Assembly: GCA_010909165.1 (NCBI GenBank) | Contig: VJWM01000134.1 | Coordinates: 620,001 to 684,000, forward strand | DNA: 64,000 bases | Reading direction: 5' to 3' | Source: Anthoceros angustus | Taxonomy: Eukaryota > Plantae > Anthocerotophyta | In this document: positions 1 through 13,325 of the stretch, in pieces | Position numbering within the stretch: the stretch's first letter is position 1 | How the letters are laid out: each line of letters begins with the position of its first letter | Translations under genes and position numbers: made by a program | Notes under the pieces: generated by a model | What the model was told of the DNA's origin: nothing | The model's input: the letters and a program-made list of their open reading frames with translations, nothing else | Database searches by the model: none

Positions 1-184
1 CATGAAGAGATCCGCATTCATACGGATAATCAAGGTAGTAAATGTTGATGTTTTGCACAAGTCAATATCACGTTGTTTATGCGTCAAGCAGATCTCCTCA
101 TGTAGACCCTCTGTCGCACTCTTCCTTCACCCCCATCGACCGCTTCTCTTGCTCGTTCTTGATTTTATAAGGAGCAGCCAGGCC

Positions 185-347
185 AGTCTCTAGATCGAAG
201 CAAGCTTGTAAAAAAAGATAGGTATCCCATTTATTCAAATCATACCCATGGATAATATGCTGTGTAGTCTCTAGATCGAAGCAAGCTTGTAAAAAAAGAT
301 AGGTATCCCATTTATTCAAATCATACCCATGGATAATATGCTGTGTA
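185..347. repeat. 81-bp direct tandem repeat, 2 copies (repeated again at about 2348-2504)
   Basis: Unit AGTCTCTAGATCGAAGCAAGC...GATAATATGCTGTGT starts at 185 and again at 266. Confidence 0.9.
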
Positions 348-1329
348 TTCATGAGCTTCTCTGTCTTTGAAAACCATCACTCTTTCAAATTATACCCATA
401 TTTCGAACCATATGCATGGATAACATGTTGTATATTTATGATGCATTTTATATTATTTTTATATAATAATATTTTAATTTATGGAAGAAGTTTTCAAAAA
501 ATAATTAAAGGTCCATCACAATTGGTTAGTGCATGTGAATCACGTAACGTTATCTTCTTCTTTTTAAAGTATTTTATGCGTCTTTGGGTAGCCATCAAAA
601 TTAGTTGAAAGAGAATGAGAGAGGTTTTACATGATGAGATATGCATTCATACGGATAAACAAGGAGTTCAATATTGATGTTTTTCACACATCAATATCAT
701 GCTGGTTGTGTGGCATGCAAATCTCCTCATGTAGAGCTTCCTCGCCTTCCTTTGCCCCTCATTGGCTTCTTGATTCCATGAGGAGCTATGATCTCTAAGT
801 TAGAGCAACAACCAAAACTTACAAAAACATGAGGCAAGCTTATAACTGAAGACTGTATAAAGAAAGATTATATGATTCTAAACCTGCTAGGACTAGCTAG
901 CTCTTATGTCCTTTGAAAATCATGGATGCTTTAAATTAGACCTATGAAAACCTGGCTGAATATATATGAGGTAATACATATTATTTAAATATAATTTATC
1001 TTGCTTATAGACCACCTAATATTATATTTTTAAGTATTTTATGCTTATATAGTTATATATATACCCAATAGTTATGCTATTTTGTATATATATACATATG
1101 TAGTTAGTAGTTACGCTACTTTGCATATATGTATATGGATGTGCCTAATAATTACGTACCACCTACGACTTTTGAGTCAAAAGTGACATCGCGCAAAGTA
1201 CGTCGTAGAACGACGACAGTGCGAGAGGGCCGCGAGGGAGAGTGGACGGATGTCATGTGAACCCGAATTATGGTCTTCGCGACAATTTGGGCAGGGAACT
1301 GGTGGAAACGCTAGGCTTTTGAAAGGAAC

Positions 1330-2201
1330 ATGGCTCAAGATCTGGAGCAGCAGCTGCATCTGGTGGAGGAGGAGTTGCTTCGGGTTCAAGGTTTGTCCTT
1401 CATCTGGTCTTGTGAGGAGGTCTCATTTCGCTCCAGCCGCTTCTGGACACCACCGGACTCTCCAAAATTCATGGCCAGCTTCTGCGGCTAACAGCTTGTA
1501 CACGTGCTTGCCTACAGACCAGATAAGCACTTTGCTTGAACATCAGGAACAGTTGCAAGTGCAGCAAGCTGAGTTGCGTGTAATGCTGGATGAGATCAGG
1601 GCAGAATCACTCCACAAGCCCAAGGTGGGATCAGAGGTTTCAAGGAAGAAGGCTGAAAATTGGACAGGCCCATTTGAGTGGGATGATGTGGCGGACGACA
1701 TTAGGCTCAACATTTTGGCATACCCTCGTATCGTGCGAACCAAAAGAGGTTTGTTAGTAGGAGTGTGCTATCGACTTGATGCAACTGGTTTTGTGGCAAA
1801 GGAAAGAGTTTTCAACCGTGCTTGTTTTGGCAGATAATCAATGCCGTGCTGAGTGGACGAGACGTGGTTGTGATAATGGCAGCTGGAGGTGGCAAGAGCC
1901 TCTGTTATCAACTCCCTGCATTGATTCGACCTGGCACTGCACTGGTCATCAGTCCCCTTCTTTCTCTCATACAAGATCAAGTAGGTTCGATGGCTAATGC
2001 AATGTTTACTTGCGAAAGAATGTCTGAGGTGGCTTTGGAGGAGGCTACTGGGTATTGTCTTTGGTGTTCTAGAATTGTCTCAGTGAGCGGTGCAAGCGTG
2101 CAGGTTATGGGACTGACTTCCTGGGCATTCCTGCTAGCATGCTAACGTCAAGCACCTCAAAGGAGGAGGAGAAGTTCATATACCTGGCTCTTGAGAAAGG
2201 T
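1330..2201 (+). pseudogene. Truncated 5-prime copy of RECQ2 (exons 1 to part of 4), probably an assembly duplicate
   Basis: ATG at 1330 ([17 protein letters not shown]), helicase motif [16 protein letters not shown]. Breaks off at 2201 and has homopolymer frameshifts absent from the second copy. Confidence 0.8.
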
Positions 2202-3485
2202 AGTAAATGTTGATGTTTTTCACACATCAATATCATGCTGGTTGTGTGGCATGCAATCTCCTCATGTAGACCCTCTGTCGCACTCTTCCTTCACCCCATC
2301 GACCGCTTCTCTTGCTCGTTCTTGATTTTATAAGGAGCAGCCAGGCCAGTCTCTAGATCGAAGCAAGCTTGTAAAAAGATAGGTATCCCATTTATTCAAA
2401 TCATACCCATGGATAATATGCTGTGTAGTCTCTAGATCGAAGCAAGCTTGTAAAAAGATAGGTATCCCATTTATTCAAATCATACCCATGGATAATATGT
2501 GTATTCATGAGCTTCTCTCTTTGAAAACCATCACTCTTTCAAATTATACCCATATTTCAACCATATGCATGGATAACATGTTGTATATTTATGATGCATT
2601 TTATATTATTTTTATATAATAATATTTTAATTTATGGAAGAAGTTTTCAAAAAATAATTAAAGGTCCATCACAATTGGTTAGTGCATGTGAATCACGTAA
2701 CGTTATCTTCTTCTTTTTAAAGTATTTTATGCGTCTTTGGGTAGCCATCAAAATTAGTTGAAAGAGAATGAGAGAGGTTTTACATGATGAGATATGCATT
2801 CATACGGATAAACAAGGAGTTCAATATTGATGTTTTTCACACATCAATATCATGCTGGTTGTGTGGCATGCAAATCTCCTCATGTAGAGCTTTCCTCGCC
2901 CCTTCCTTTGCCCCCTCATTGGCTTCTTGATTCCATGAGGAGCTATGATCTCTAAGTTAGAGCAACAACCAAAACTTACAAAAAAAACATGAGGCAAGCT
3001 TATAACTGAAGACTGTATAAAGAAAGATTATATGATTCTAAACCTGCTAGGACTAGCTAGCTCTTATGTCCTTTGAAAATCATGGATGCTTTAAATTAGA
3101 CCTATGAAAACCTGGCTGAATATATATGAGGTAATACATATTATTTAAATATAATTTATCTTGCTTATAGACCACCTAATATTATATTTTTAAGTATTTT
3201 ATGCTTATATAGTTATATATATACCCAATAGTTATGCTATTTTGTATATATATACATATGTAGTTAGTAGTTACGCTACTTTGCATATATGTATATGGAT
3301 GTGCCTAATAATTACGTACCACCTACGACTTTTGAGTCAAAGTGACATCGCAAAAGTACGTCGTAGAACGACGACAGTGCGAGAGGGCCGCGAGGAGAGT
3401 GGACGGATGTCATGTGAACCTGAATTATGGTCTTCGCGACAATTTGGGCAGGAACTGGTGGAAACGCTAGGCTTTTGAAAGGAAC

Positions 3486-6400
3486 ATGGCTCAAGATCTG
3501 GAGCAGCAGCTGCATCTGGTGGAGGAGGAGTTGCTTCGGGTTCAAGGTTTGTCCTTCATCTGGTCTTGTGAGGAGGTCTCATTTCGCTCCAGCCGCTTCT
3601 GGACACCACCGGACTCTCCAAAATTCATGGCCAGCTTCTGCGGCTAACAGCTTGTACACGTGCTTGCCTACAGACCAGATAAGCACTTTGCTTGAACATC
3701 AGGAACAGTTGCAAGTGCAGCAAGCTGAGTTGCGTGTAATGCTGGATGAGATCAGGGCAGAATCACTCCACAAGCCCAAGGTGGGATCAGAGGTTTCAAG
3801 GAAGAAGGCTGAAAATTGGACAGGCCCATTTGAGTGGGATGATGTGGCGGACGACATTAGGCTCAACATTTTTGGCATACCCTCGTATCGTGCGAACCAA
3901 AAAGAGGTTTGTTAGTAGGAGTGTGCTATCGACTTGATGCAACTGGTTTTGTGGCAAAGGAAAGAGTTTTCAACCGTGCTTGTTTTGGCAGATAATCAAT
4001 GCCGTGCTGAGTGGACGAGACGTGGTTGTGATAATGGCAGCTGGAGGTGGCAAGAGCCTCTGTTATCAACTCCCTGCATTGATTCGACCTGGCACTGCAC
4101 TGGTCATCAGTCCCCTTCTTTCTCTCATACAAGATCAAGTAGGTTCGATGGCTAATGCAATGTTTACTTGCGAAAGAATGTCTGAGGTGGCTTTGGAGGG
4201 AGGCTACTGGGTATTGTCTTTGGTGTTCTAGAATTGTCTCAGTGAGCGGTGCAAGCGTGCAGGTTATGGGACTGACTTCCCTGGGCATTCCTGCTAGCAT
4301 GCTAACGTCAAGCACCTCAAAGGAGGAGGAGAAGTTCATATACCTGGCTCTTGAGAAAGGTGAAGGAGAGCTCAAGATTCTGTATGTAACTCCAGAAAAA
4401 GTTGCAAAAAGCAAGCGATTCATGTCTAAGCTGGAGAAGTGCAATCATGCGGGCAGGCTTTCACTTATTGCGATTGACGTAAAACCTTGTAACATCAACT
4501 TCTTGTGAGCCATTCATTCTGCAACTGTGTGGAGAGGTGTGTGCATTCCTTGTGTCCTGGCAGTACGAACTGGTGGGTTTGCTTTGTTTCATCTGCCAGG
4601 AAGCCCATTGCTGTAGCCAATGGGGACATGATTTTCGGCCCGATTACAAGAACTTAGGTATTCTGAAGAAGCAGTTCGCAAAAGTTCCAATGATGGCTCT
4701 GACTGTAAGCTTCCTTTCTCCTGTTCCCCACTAAGAGTGTTCATTGCAAAGTGGTTAATATCAATGTTGCTGTTGTGTCCACATAGGCTACTGCCACAGA
4801 GCAAGTGCAGACTGATCTCAGGCAAATGCTGCAAATTTCTCACTGTGAGAAGTTCGTTAGCTCAGTTAACCGGCCTAATCTTTTCTATGAGGTGGGTATG
4901 CAATATTGACTTACCTGTAATGAAAGAATCAAGTTCAGCCTGTCAAGTAGAGACCAACCGAGTTATACATTTAGGTCCGTGAGAAGAAAGCAAATGCAAC
5001 TGCAGCTGTGGAGGATATTGCTAATTTCATCAAGGATACATTTGTCAAAAAGCAGTCAGGGATTGTTTATTGTTTCTCCCGCAAAGAATGTGAACAGGTA
5101 TTTTGCAACCTTTTAATGGTTAAGGCATGTGTGCAGTCTCGCAAAATGACTTGTAGATGCTCCTAGTTTTTCCTCATTGTTTCTGGTCCACACCAGGTTG
5201 CGGAGGAGTTGCGGAAGAGAAACGTCTCAGCCACTCATTATCATGCTGACATGGATCCTAGTGCAAGAGAATCTGTGCACAGGAGGTCTAAATTTTCTGT
5301 GATTCAACTTCATAATTTTGCACTAGCTTAGCTCAGCCTGTGTATCATCCTGTCATGTCATACACAATCAATTGTGTTCCATGTATAACAACAAACGGTG
5401 TATGCAGATGGAGCAGTAACAAACTGCAGGTCATAGTTGGCACGGTAAGCTGTAGTCAAGTTTCTTATCTCTGGTTTACAGACCACATTTACCATAAATG
5501 GCTCACACTGTGTGTCCTATGGGACTTGCAGGTGGCATTTGGGATGGGCATCAACAAGCCAGATGGTATGTCCCTGTTACACCGTTTTGACTATGCTCTC
5601 CTGGTGGGGTTTTGCTTCACTAAACATCTTACTTGCATGCCTACAGTTCGCTTTGTCATACACCATTCTCTCAGCAAGTCACTAGAGACATACTACCAGG
5701 TAAACCATTGTTCCAATTGGTGTTTGTTATGGAACTACGAGTGATGTTGTGTTCGCCGTCTCTCTACATGTAGTTGATGTAGAATTACCCCCTCTATTTT
5801 ACTACTAGGAAAGTGGGCGCGCAGGACGGGATGGACTTCCTTCTCACTGCCTTCTGTTTTTTAGGCCCGCCGATCTCCCTCGTCAGGTAAAGTCCTTTCT
5901 TTGTAGTGAACTGCCGTTAGAGGGCCCTTTTGGAATTCAGCCACGAGCATTTGTTTATGGAAATTGTTGGGTGCAGAGTTGCATGGTTTTTTCTGAGATA
6001 GCTGGGCTCCGGAATTTATATTCCATTGCCAGATTTTGTCTGGTAAGTTATTAAACTTCGTTCGTATTTTGCTCTGGCAGCCAACAATCAAAGCCAATCA
6101 TCATTTGCTAACCGTCGCCTTGTCTATCAACTCACAGACCAAAAGAACTTGCCGACATGCAGCATTTTTCCGACACTTTGGGGAGAGGGTGCAGGATTGT
6201 GACGGTAAATCGTCTCTAGCTGATCTTGTTATGGTTGTTGGCCTGCGTTTCACTGATAGGGTTGTTGTGGTAAACAATCTGGTGACTTCCTTTCCAGGAA
6301 TGTGCGATAACTGTGCATACGTTAAGGATGTTGTGGATAAAGATGTCACAGGTACTCTTTTCTGCGTGTTGTGTCTGATAGCGTCTATGTTCATGGAGTC

Positions 6401-9400
6401 TGAAAGTGGCCTAGATATGGATAAATTGGACTGATTACCATCTCATTCCTGGACAGCGCATGCCAGGTCAATTGTAGCCTTGGTGCAGGACCTTGAGAGC
6501 ATGGACAAGAAGCAAACCATGCTACAGTTAGTCGACCATTGGCGCAGCCGTGCCCGTCAGTCAGGTATGCAATAACATGCTGGTTTTGACTTTTGCCACT
6601 AGACATCTCTTGATGATGGTCAGAGCTGGTTTCATGGCCGTGTTTGTGAATTCAGAATGTGGTCAAGGAGACGAAGTGAAGCTCATCAAGGATCTGAACA
6701 AAGAAGATGTGGAACGTATGATCTCACAGCTTTTGCTGGATGGCATCTTGGTATGTCGTCTTCGTGTCATGTCGGGTATTCCCCACTGTTGCTGCTATGG
6801 CATACCATACGTGCTGCGGGTCTATGCACGTGAACGAACTATTATGAAGGAGAGTGATACATGGGCAAGTCTTAATTGTGAGAGGCATGTCATTCAATTT
6901 CTCAGCATTTTGGGGGTAGGGTTGTCATTTTCGCATCTCTGATGTGGTGTGGATGTGAGTGCTAGTGCAGGCTATTTTTCCCCTACTTTTTGAGCGTGCT
7001 GAATGCTGTCCGGATTTCAGAAGGAGGAATTCCAACATACAGCTTATTCAACCAATTCGTACATTTGTCTAGGTGCCGGCTGGAGATCACTTCTTCAAGG
7101 TAACTATCCATTCGCCAACCAAATGAACCTTGGGGTAAAATGCTGGGATGAACACCGAACTCAACAACGCCGTAGGCACAAAGAAGAAGATCACGCTGGA
7201 AGTTGGTCAAGGCACGTCTAAGACGAAGACGAAGTTGTCTTCTAGTCTGGAGAAGGGAACCTTAACGTCAGGCATGGGACAGATGCTTGATGAGCTTCGG
7301 CAAGAGCTGGCAACCAGACATGGAGGCATTTTTCCGCACGCAGTTCTTTCGTCGCAGCATATAGCCATGGTCTGCAGTACAAAGCCCCGCACGCCTGAGC
7401 AGGTAAACCATTGTTCCAATTGGTGTTTGTTATGGAACTACGAGTGATGTTGTGTTCGCCGTCTCTACATGTAGTTGATGTAGAATTACCCCTCTATTTT
7501 ACTACTAGGAAAGTGGGCGCAGGACGGGATGGACTTCCTTCTCACTGCCTTCTGTTTTTTAGGCCCGCCGATCTCCCTCGTCAGGTAAAGTCCTTTCTTT
7601 GTAGTGAACTGCCGTTAGAGGGCCCTTTTGGAATTCAGCCACGAGCATTTGTTTATGGAAATTGTTGGGTGCAGAGTTGCATGGTTTTTTCTGAGATAGC
7701 TGGGCTCCGGAATTTATATTCCATTGCCAGATTTTGTCTGGTAAGTTATTAAACTTCGTTCGTATTTTGCTCTGGCAGCCAACAATCAAAGCCAATCATC
7801 ATTTGCTAACCGTCGCCTTGTCTATCAACTCACAGACCAAAAGAACTTGCCGACATGCAGCATTTTTCCGACACTTTGGGGAGAGGGTGCAGGATTGTGA
7901 CGGTAAATCGTCTCTAGCTGATCTTGTTATGGTTGTTGGCCTGCGTTTCACTGATAGGGTTGTTGTGGTAAACAATCTGGTGACTTCCTTTCCAGGAATG
8001 TGCGATAACTGTGCATACGTTAAGGATGTTGTGGATAAAGATGTCACAGGTACTCTTTTCTGCGTGTTGTGTCTGATAGCGTCTATGTTCATGGAGTCTG
8101 AAAGTGGCCTAGATATGGATAAATTGGACTGATTACCATCTCATTCCTGGACAGCGCATGCCAGGTCAATTGTAGCCTTGGTGCAGGACCTTGAGAGCAT
8201 GGACAAGAAGCAAACCATGCTACAGTTAGTCGACCATTGGCGCAGCCGTGCCCGTCAGTCAGGTATGCAATAACATGCTGGTTTTGACTTTTGCCACTAG
8301 ACATCTCTTGATGATGGTCAGAGCTGGTTTCATGGCCGTGTTTGTGAATTCAGAATGTGGTCAAGGAGACGAAGTGAAGCTCATCAAGGATCTGAACAAA
8401 GAAGATGTGGAACGTATGATCTCACAGCTTTTGCTGGATGGCATCTTGGTATGTCGTCTTCGTGTCATGTCGGGTATTCCCCACTGTTGCTGCTATGGCA
8501 TACCATACGTGCTGCGGGTCTATGCACGTGAACGAACTATTATGAAGGAGAGTGATACATGGGCAAGTCTTAATTGTGAGAGGCATGTCATTCAATTTCT
8601 CAGCATTTTTGGGGGTAGGGTTGTCATTTTTCGCATCTCTGATGTGGTGTGGATGTGAGTGCTAGTGCAGGCTATTTTTCCCCCTACTTTTTTTGAGCGT
8701 GCTGAATGCTGTCCGGATTTCAGAAGGAGGAATTCCAACATACAGCTTATTCAACCAATTCGTACATTTGTCTAGGTGCCGGCTGGAGATCACTTCTTCA
8801 AGGTAACTATCCATTCGCCAACCAAATGAACCTTGGGGTAAAATGCTGGGATGAACACCCGAACTCAACAACTGGCGCCGTAGGCACAAAGAAGATCACG
8901 CTGGAAGTTGGTCAAGGCACGTCTAAGACGAAGACGAAGTTGTCTTCTAGTCTGGAGAAGGGAACCTTAACGTCAGGCATGGGACAGATGCTTGATGAGC
9001 TTCGGCAAGAGCTGGCAACCAGACATGGAGGCATTTTTCCGCACGCAGTTCTTTCGTCGCAGCATATAGCCATGGTCTGCAGTACAAAGCCCCGCACGCC
9101 TGAGCAGGTAAGAAGTTGATGATAATGGATTGATGACAGCTGTTGGATTGGAACAAAACCTTCCTTCTGGATTCCAACGGCAGCTGCCTTTTGCGTAGTT
9201 GGAGGAGCTTCTTGGCAAGAGGAAGGTTGAGCAGTATGGGGAAGAAATACTGGCGGCCATACAAAAGTACCTTGCAGAGACTCCAAACAGCCCTGCTAGA
9301 ACTGGTGACTGGGTCTGCCCCAGAAACTCAGAGTCTCCTGCCCCCGCAAAGGCCTCCAATAGCCCCCGAGTTCTGGCACGTAAGTCTGTGGCTAACACCA

Positions 9401-9561
9401 GGAAACGGGCACTTGCTAGCAGGGGCGGAAAGAGCTCTTCCAGCAACCAAGAGCCCATCTCGCTCGACACTGATAGCGATGACCAGGGAAACCACGTGAT
9501 CCCTGACCACGAGGATGATGATTTTGAGCTGCAAAGACCATCTAAAAGGCGTCCGCTCTAG
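3486..9561 (+). CDS. RECQ2: ATP-dependent RecQ DNA helicase, RECQ2/RECQL-type (multi-exon; includes internal duplication 5697-9111)
   Basis: Spliced exons give an N-terminal coiled coil, [89 protein letters not shown], an RQC Zn motif (CRH...CDGMCDNC), a winged helix and an HRDC domain (LDELRQELA...GIFPHAVLS...YGEEIL). Stop TAG at 9559-9561. Confidence 0.93.
5697..9111. repeat. Tandem duplication inside RECQ2, period about 1703 bp
   Basis: 5697-7399 recurs as 7400-9111. Junction on shared CAGGTAA (a splice donor). Copies carry different small indels. Confidence 0.9.
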
Positions 9562-9964
9562 CCACAGGTTTGGATGGCACCCACGCTGCTTCCTTTGCAA
9601 AGGTGATATTTTTGAAGTAAGTCCTCCTTTCCTGACGAGAGATCTTGTGCACTGTCTTACTAGCTAAGGCTGCAAGGCTGTCGATGCAGTTTGGTCTAGG
9701 TGTTCACTGATTTGGGCAGGGGGCAGGGGGCATCGGCCATCAACAGGACTGGACACGCGTATCTCTTCGAAACATCGTATGTGTGGGCCACGACTGAGCG
9801 ACTGCCGGTGGAACTGAGACGATTAGTTTTCAGCTTTCGTTATAGCCCTCCTTCCCCTTCCTTTCGCTAGTTATGTAATCCCTATGTACCTAGTTTACGG
9901 TTAGGTTAGGGTGCGGGAACCATGCGGCCAAGATTGACAACCGCTCGGTACATACTGATTAGGG

Positions 9965-9981
9965 TTACCCCCAGAAGACCG
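9965..9981 (+). mobile_element. Candidate piggyBac-type left terminus (TTAC|CCCCAGAAGACCG)
   Basis: 15/17 match to the reverse complement of 52198-52214 (TTAA|CCCCAGAAGGCCG). Resembles the canonical piggyBac end TTAA|CCCTAGAA. Confidence 0.35.
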
Positions 9982-10341
9982 CGCGGATGTGCCGTGATTC
10001 TGATTTTCCGTCCATCCCGGTGTCCCAGTAGGTGATGACACGGTGGCACCCACGGTCGTACTGGCCAACATGAATGGCCATCGGGTACACGACAGTCACA
10101 TCTTCGTAGGCATCCCATTGGGCTGTAGTACCTCCTTTTAAGTGAGAGTCCTTGCATTGGAGATATGCTTTACTGTTTTTTCATTTATGTGTACGACCTT
10201 GTGGTTTGTTGCTGGCGGTTGTACTGGGTTGTGCCCTACCTTAGAGGACTTGCTTCTCGTATTTTTAGTTGACATAACCTATTCACATACCAAAAGTTCT
10301 TCCGATCCACATAATTTCCATTTCGTGGAGTGGGCTCTCGG

Positions 10342-10490
10342 AAGAACTCTCTCTAAGAAGTTCCATTTGAGACAATCGCTGTTAAGTGGAGTGCGCTTTC
10401 AGAAGAACTATTTCTCTCTAAGAAGTTCCAATTGAGACAATTGCTATTAAGTGGAGTGCGCTTTCAGAAGAACTATCTCTAAGGAGTTCA
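10342..10490. repeat. About 65-bp tandem repeat, about 2.3 copies
   Basis: CTCTAAGAAGTTCCA.TTGAGACAAT.GCT.TTAAGTGGAGTGCGCTTTCAGAAGAACT repeated. Confidence 0.85.
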
Positions 10491-11288
10491 GCGCGCCTGA
10501 AAAAGGGCCGACATGGTTTACAATCCAATGTTCGCATAATAGATTTCTACTATTCTAGTGACACATAGGTGGAGCTAACATGGTGACAGCAAGAAAAATG
10601 ATTAAAAATAATTCTCTGGGTTTGAGGTGATGGGTATTCTAGAGACAAATAGGTGAAGCTAATGGTGACAATATAAACTATAATCACCATCTTTCGAGGT
10701 ACGGGGTGTTGTCATCGATATAATTGGCAAGTCTACTTGGAAACTCAGGAACTCAAAAACTTAGAAACTTAAAAACTCAGATGTTCGGAGGAAACCGGGA
10801 AGCTTCATAAACTCGTAAATTCAGGAATTCAGGAATTTGAAACTTTAAAACTTTAAAATTTTGGAGACCACACGATTAATCATCGTAATAATAATTGAGA
10901 GTAGTTCATGATGCTATACAAAAATTCTATACATGAAACCTTCATCTCAAGATATTCGTGAAATTAGTATGTCATGACAAAGCTTATACATAAGAGCAAT
11001 TTATATTTGGAAGATTTTGCAAGGCTAGTATTGGTCTAAAACACATCCATCCATGGTGCACTTCAAAATTTTTCATTTTCTTCTTCTTTGCCTACTTTTT
11101 TTAATAAGTTAATATTCTTTAATATATTATTTTTCAAGGTGTCCAACTACTTTTATGATGATTTTGGGTATATTGATGATATGGATCGATCTTATAATTT
11201 TAGCAATCAATGCAATGTGTTATCCAAACCTTTTTTTTTGGTTTGTTCATATTTTTTCTAATAACTTTGGTTACCTTAGAAATAAGAG

Positions 11289-11365
11289 TTTGTTTTCATA
11301 ACCTCTTTTTGGTTACATTGATCTCGCATTGATCAATGTAACCAAAAAGAGATCATGAAAACAAA
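11289..11365. repeat. Near-perfect inverted repeat (35-bp arms, 7-nt loop)
   Basis: TTTGTTTTCATAACCTCTTTTTGGTTACATTGATC / GATCAATGTAACCAAAAAGAGATCATGAAAACAAA, with 33 of 35 positions complementary. Confidence 0.9.
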
Positions 11366-11641
11366 GATCAAGAAGATCAATGATCCAGCAGCCAAAAAAC
11401 TGATGCTAAAAGTCTATGAATTTAATTGAAGACCAGAAAAACTCATTAAACCTTCGTACAGCTCGGTATCTCAATGGCATTAGCGTTGAGTGGAAATAGG
11501 CTCTATACTCATTTAGCGGAAGAGATGTTAAAATTTATATATAGAATAATATATAGCGTAAAATAACTTGAATATGGAGGATGAAACCTCATAACCTAGG
11601 TAGTTTATTTATATTTTGATGTAAAATATTTAAAGGGCCAC

Positions 11642-11650
11642 AAACCCTAA
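11642..11650 (+). promoter_or_regulatory. Telo-box AAACCCTAA
   Basis: Exact plant telo-box at the AT-rich to GC-rich transition upstream of a putative spliced gene. Confidence 0.4.
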
Positions 11651-12415
11651 ATTAAAAAGATGCTTCCGTCCCCGACATTGAACATTGACGGACGCGGGCC
11701 CGATGACTAGCGCGGACAGAGGAGGTTGGGGACATTTGCGTCGCACACGATGTGGGGAACGTGCCATGTGCGTTCCCGATGCCGCCACAGTCGTGCCCAC
11801 TCGCCTCCCGCCGCAAATCTCGCCTCCCACACTTGGCTTGCAACTGCGTGCCGCGTCAGTCCCCTCATGCTCCACGGCAGCAGCTAGCTCCGCACTACAA
11901 GAGCTCATTCGGTCGCCGCCACCTTCCCAATTCCGAGCAGCACAGGTTGGTCTCCATCCACTTCACTTCAGATCGAGGCTCACAGGAGCTGTCGGTCCGT
12001 TCTCTTAGGGTGTTCTGTCGCGCTGTGTTCTTGTTGCTTTACTGGCTATATCTGGTTTGTAGCTGCAGAGCAGAGTAGGGCCGTTCTGTCATGTGGAAGC
12101 TCTCTGAGTCAGATCGGCCGTTTTCTCATCGTTTCCTCTTCTATTTGTCGAGTGTTAGAGATGTCAGGCTGCTGTAACGGATGACGGTGTCTGAGCTATG
12201 GTTTCGTTAACTTTTGTGCACAGTTTACAAGCCTGGTTGGAAGCAAATTGAGTTGCAGACTTCATCTGGCCGACTCTTGAGGTACGTTCTTCTTGATTTT
12301 GGCTGCTTAGGAAAGGATTTGGCTATGATTCTGCAGTTTTGGTGTGCTAAATTGAAAGTGCTTTCGGTGTTTTGCAGGGACTTAGCAAGATGAATGTGAC
12401 AACCATTACTCAGGA

Positions 12416-13325
12416 ATGTCTTCAAAGGAGCCTGATAGTAACGAGCGTTCCAATGTGGCACAGAAACCGGTCGAGGCGCCCTCGAACTCAGGGCAAGACT
12501 GTTGCACTGGCAGTAAATCACTCATCGCAGTTGACAAAGAATCAAGCCGAACCGCAGCGTTGTCCGCACCAGCAGTCTCTCGGAAGCAAAGCTTGAATTA
12601 TTTGCGGAGGAGAGGAGGTGACTCTGTGGACAGAGTGGAATTGCTGTCGCGGGGAATGAAAGAAATGCACCTGGAGCTTCTGCGAGAAACAGTGTGGTGG
12701 ATGCAAGAGGCTGAGCAGGTGAGTGGATGGATGTCTATTTCGTATGTCAGTATGCCGTGAACCGTTGGAGGTTGGGAATCATCTCATCGGAGTGCTTGTG
12801 CAGAGTCCAATCCTTGAAGCGACCCTGAAGCAATTACGATTGGCCACAGAATTATTCGTTTGCTCATCTTCTGTCTATCGTAGGTACGGTACCAGCTTAT
12901 AATTTGTCTCTAACGCTTCTACGGTGGGCTACTGGTTACAAGGCTGAGATGGATTGTTATTTTGCAGATCTTGGCTCGACTGTGCATCTTTCTCAGCCTG
13001 CCTGCTCTTGTTCTGCCGCCTATCAGTGGTGGCCATTGTCTCCTGCCAGAATGTTGCATCTGTACGATATGGTGCAGATCTCTATTTACCAGAATACTCT
13101 CTTTGGCAAGAGACCCATCATGTCTATACTTGGCTCTCAACGCCTTGCCCAGGCAGCGCAATTGGAAGGCTTCGGAAAGATGCTTCCAGCTTGAAGCATT
13201 CGCATGAAGGGCTCTGTCGATCCTCTTCATATCCTCTAAAGATGATGAAGCTTCCCGTCATTCGTTACGGTTCGCAGGTGGGTAGCATGAAACTGGAGTC
13301 CGTGGCTGTTCGTGGCGGCAAATGA
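12416..13325 (+). CDS. Putative spliced gene of unknown function
   Basis: ORF MSSKEPDS...MQEAEQ, GT-AG introns at about 12719-12803 and 12883-12967 that keep frame, last exon ending at 13325. Upstream intron-like segments. No recognisable domain. Confidence 0.35.

Larger units (their letters stand above)
32..4361. repeat. Tandem duplication, period about 2165 bp (RECQ2 promoter and first exons)
   Basis: 32-2201 recurs as 2197-4361. The junction falls on shared AAGGT. Copies differ mainly by 1-bp indels. Confidence 0.9.

Noticed and set aside
1330-2201. Second functional RECQ2 paralogue
   Set aside because: Truncated, nearly identical to the full copy and differing only by homopolymer-type indels.
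6751-7020. Intronic snoRNA in the longer RECQ2 intron
   Set aside because: No convincing C/D boxes with a terminal stem or H/ACA structure.
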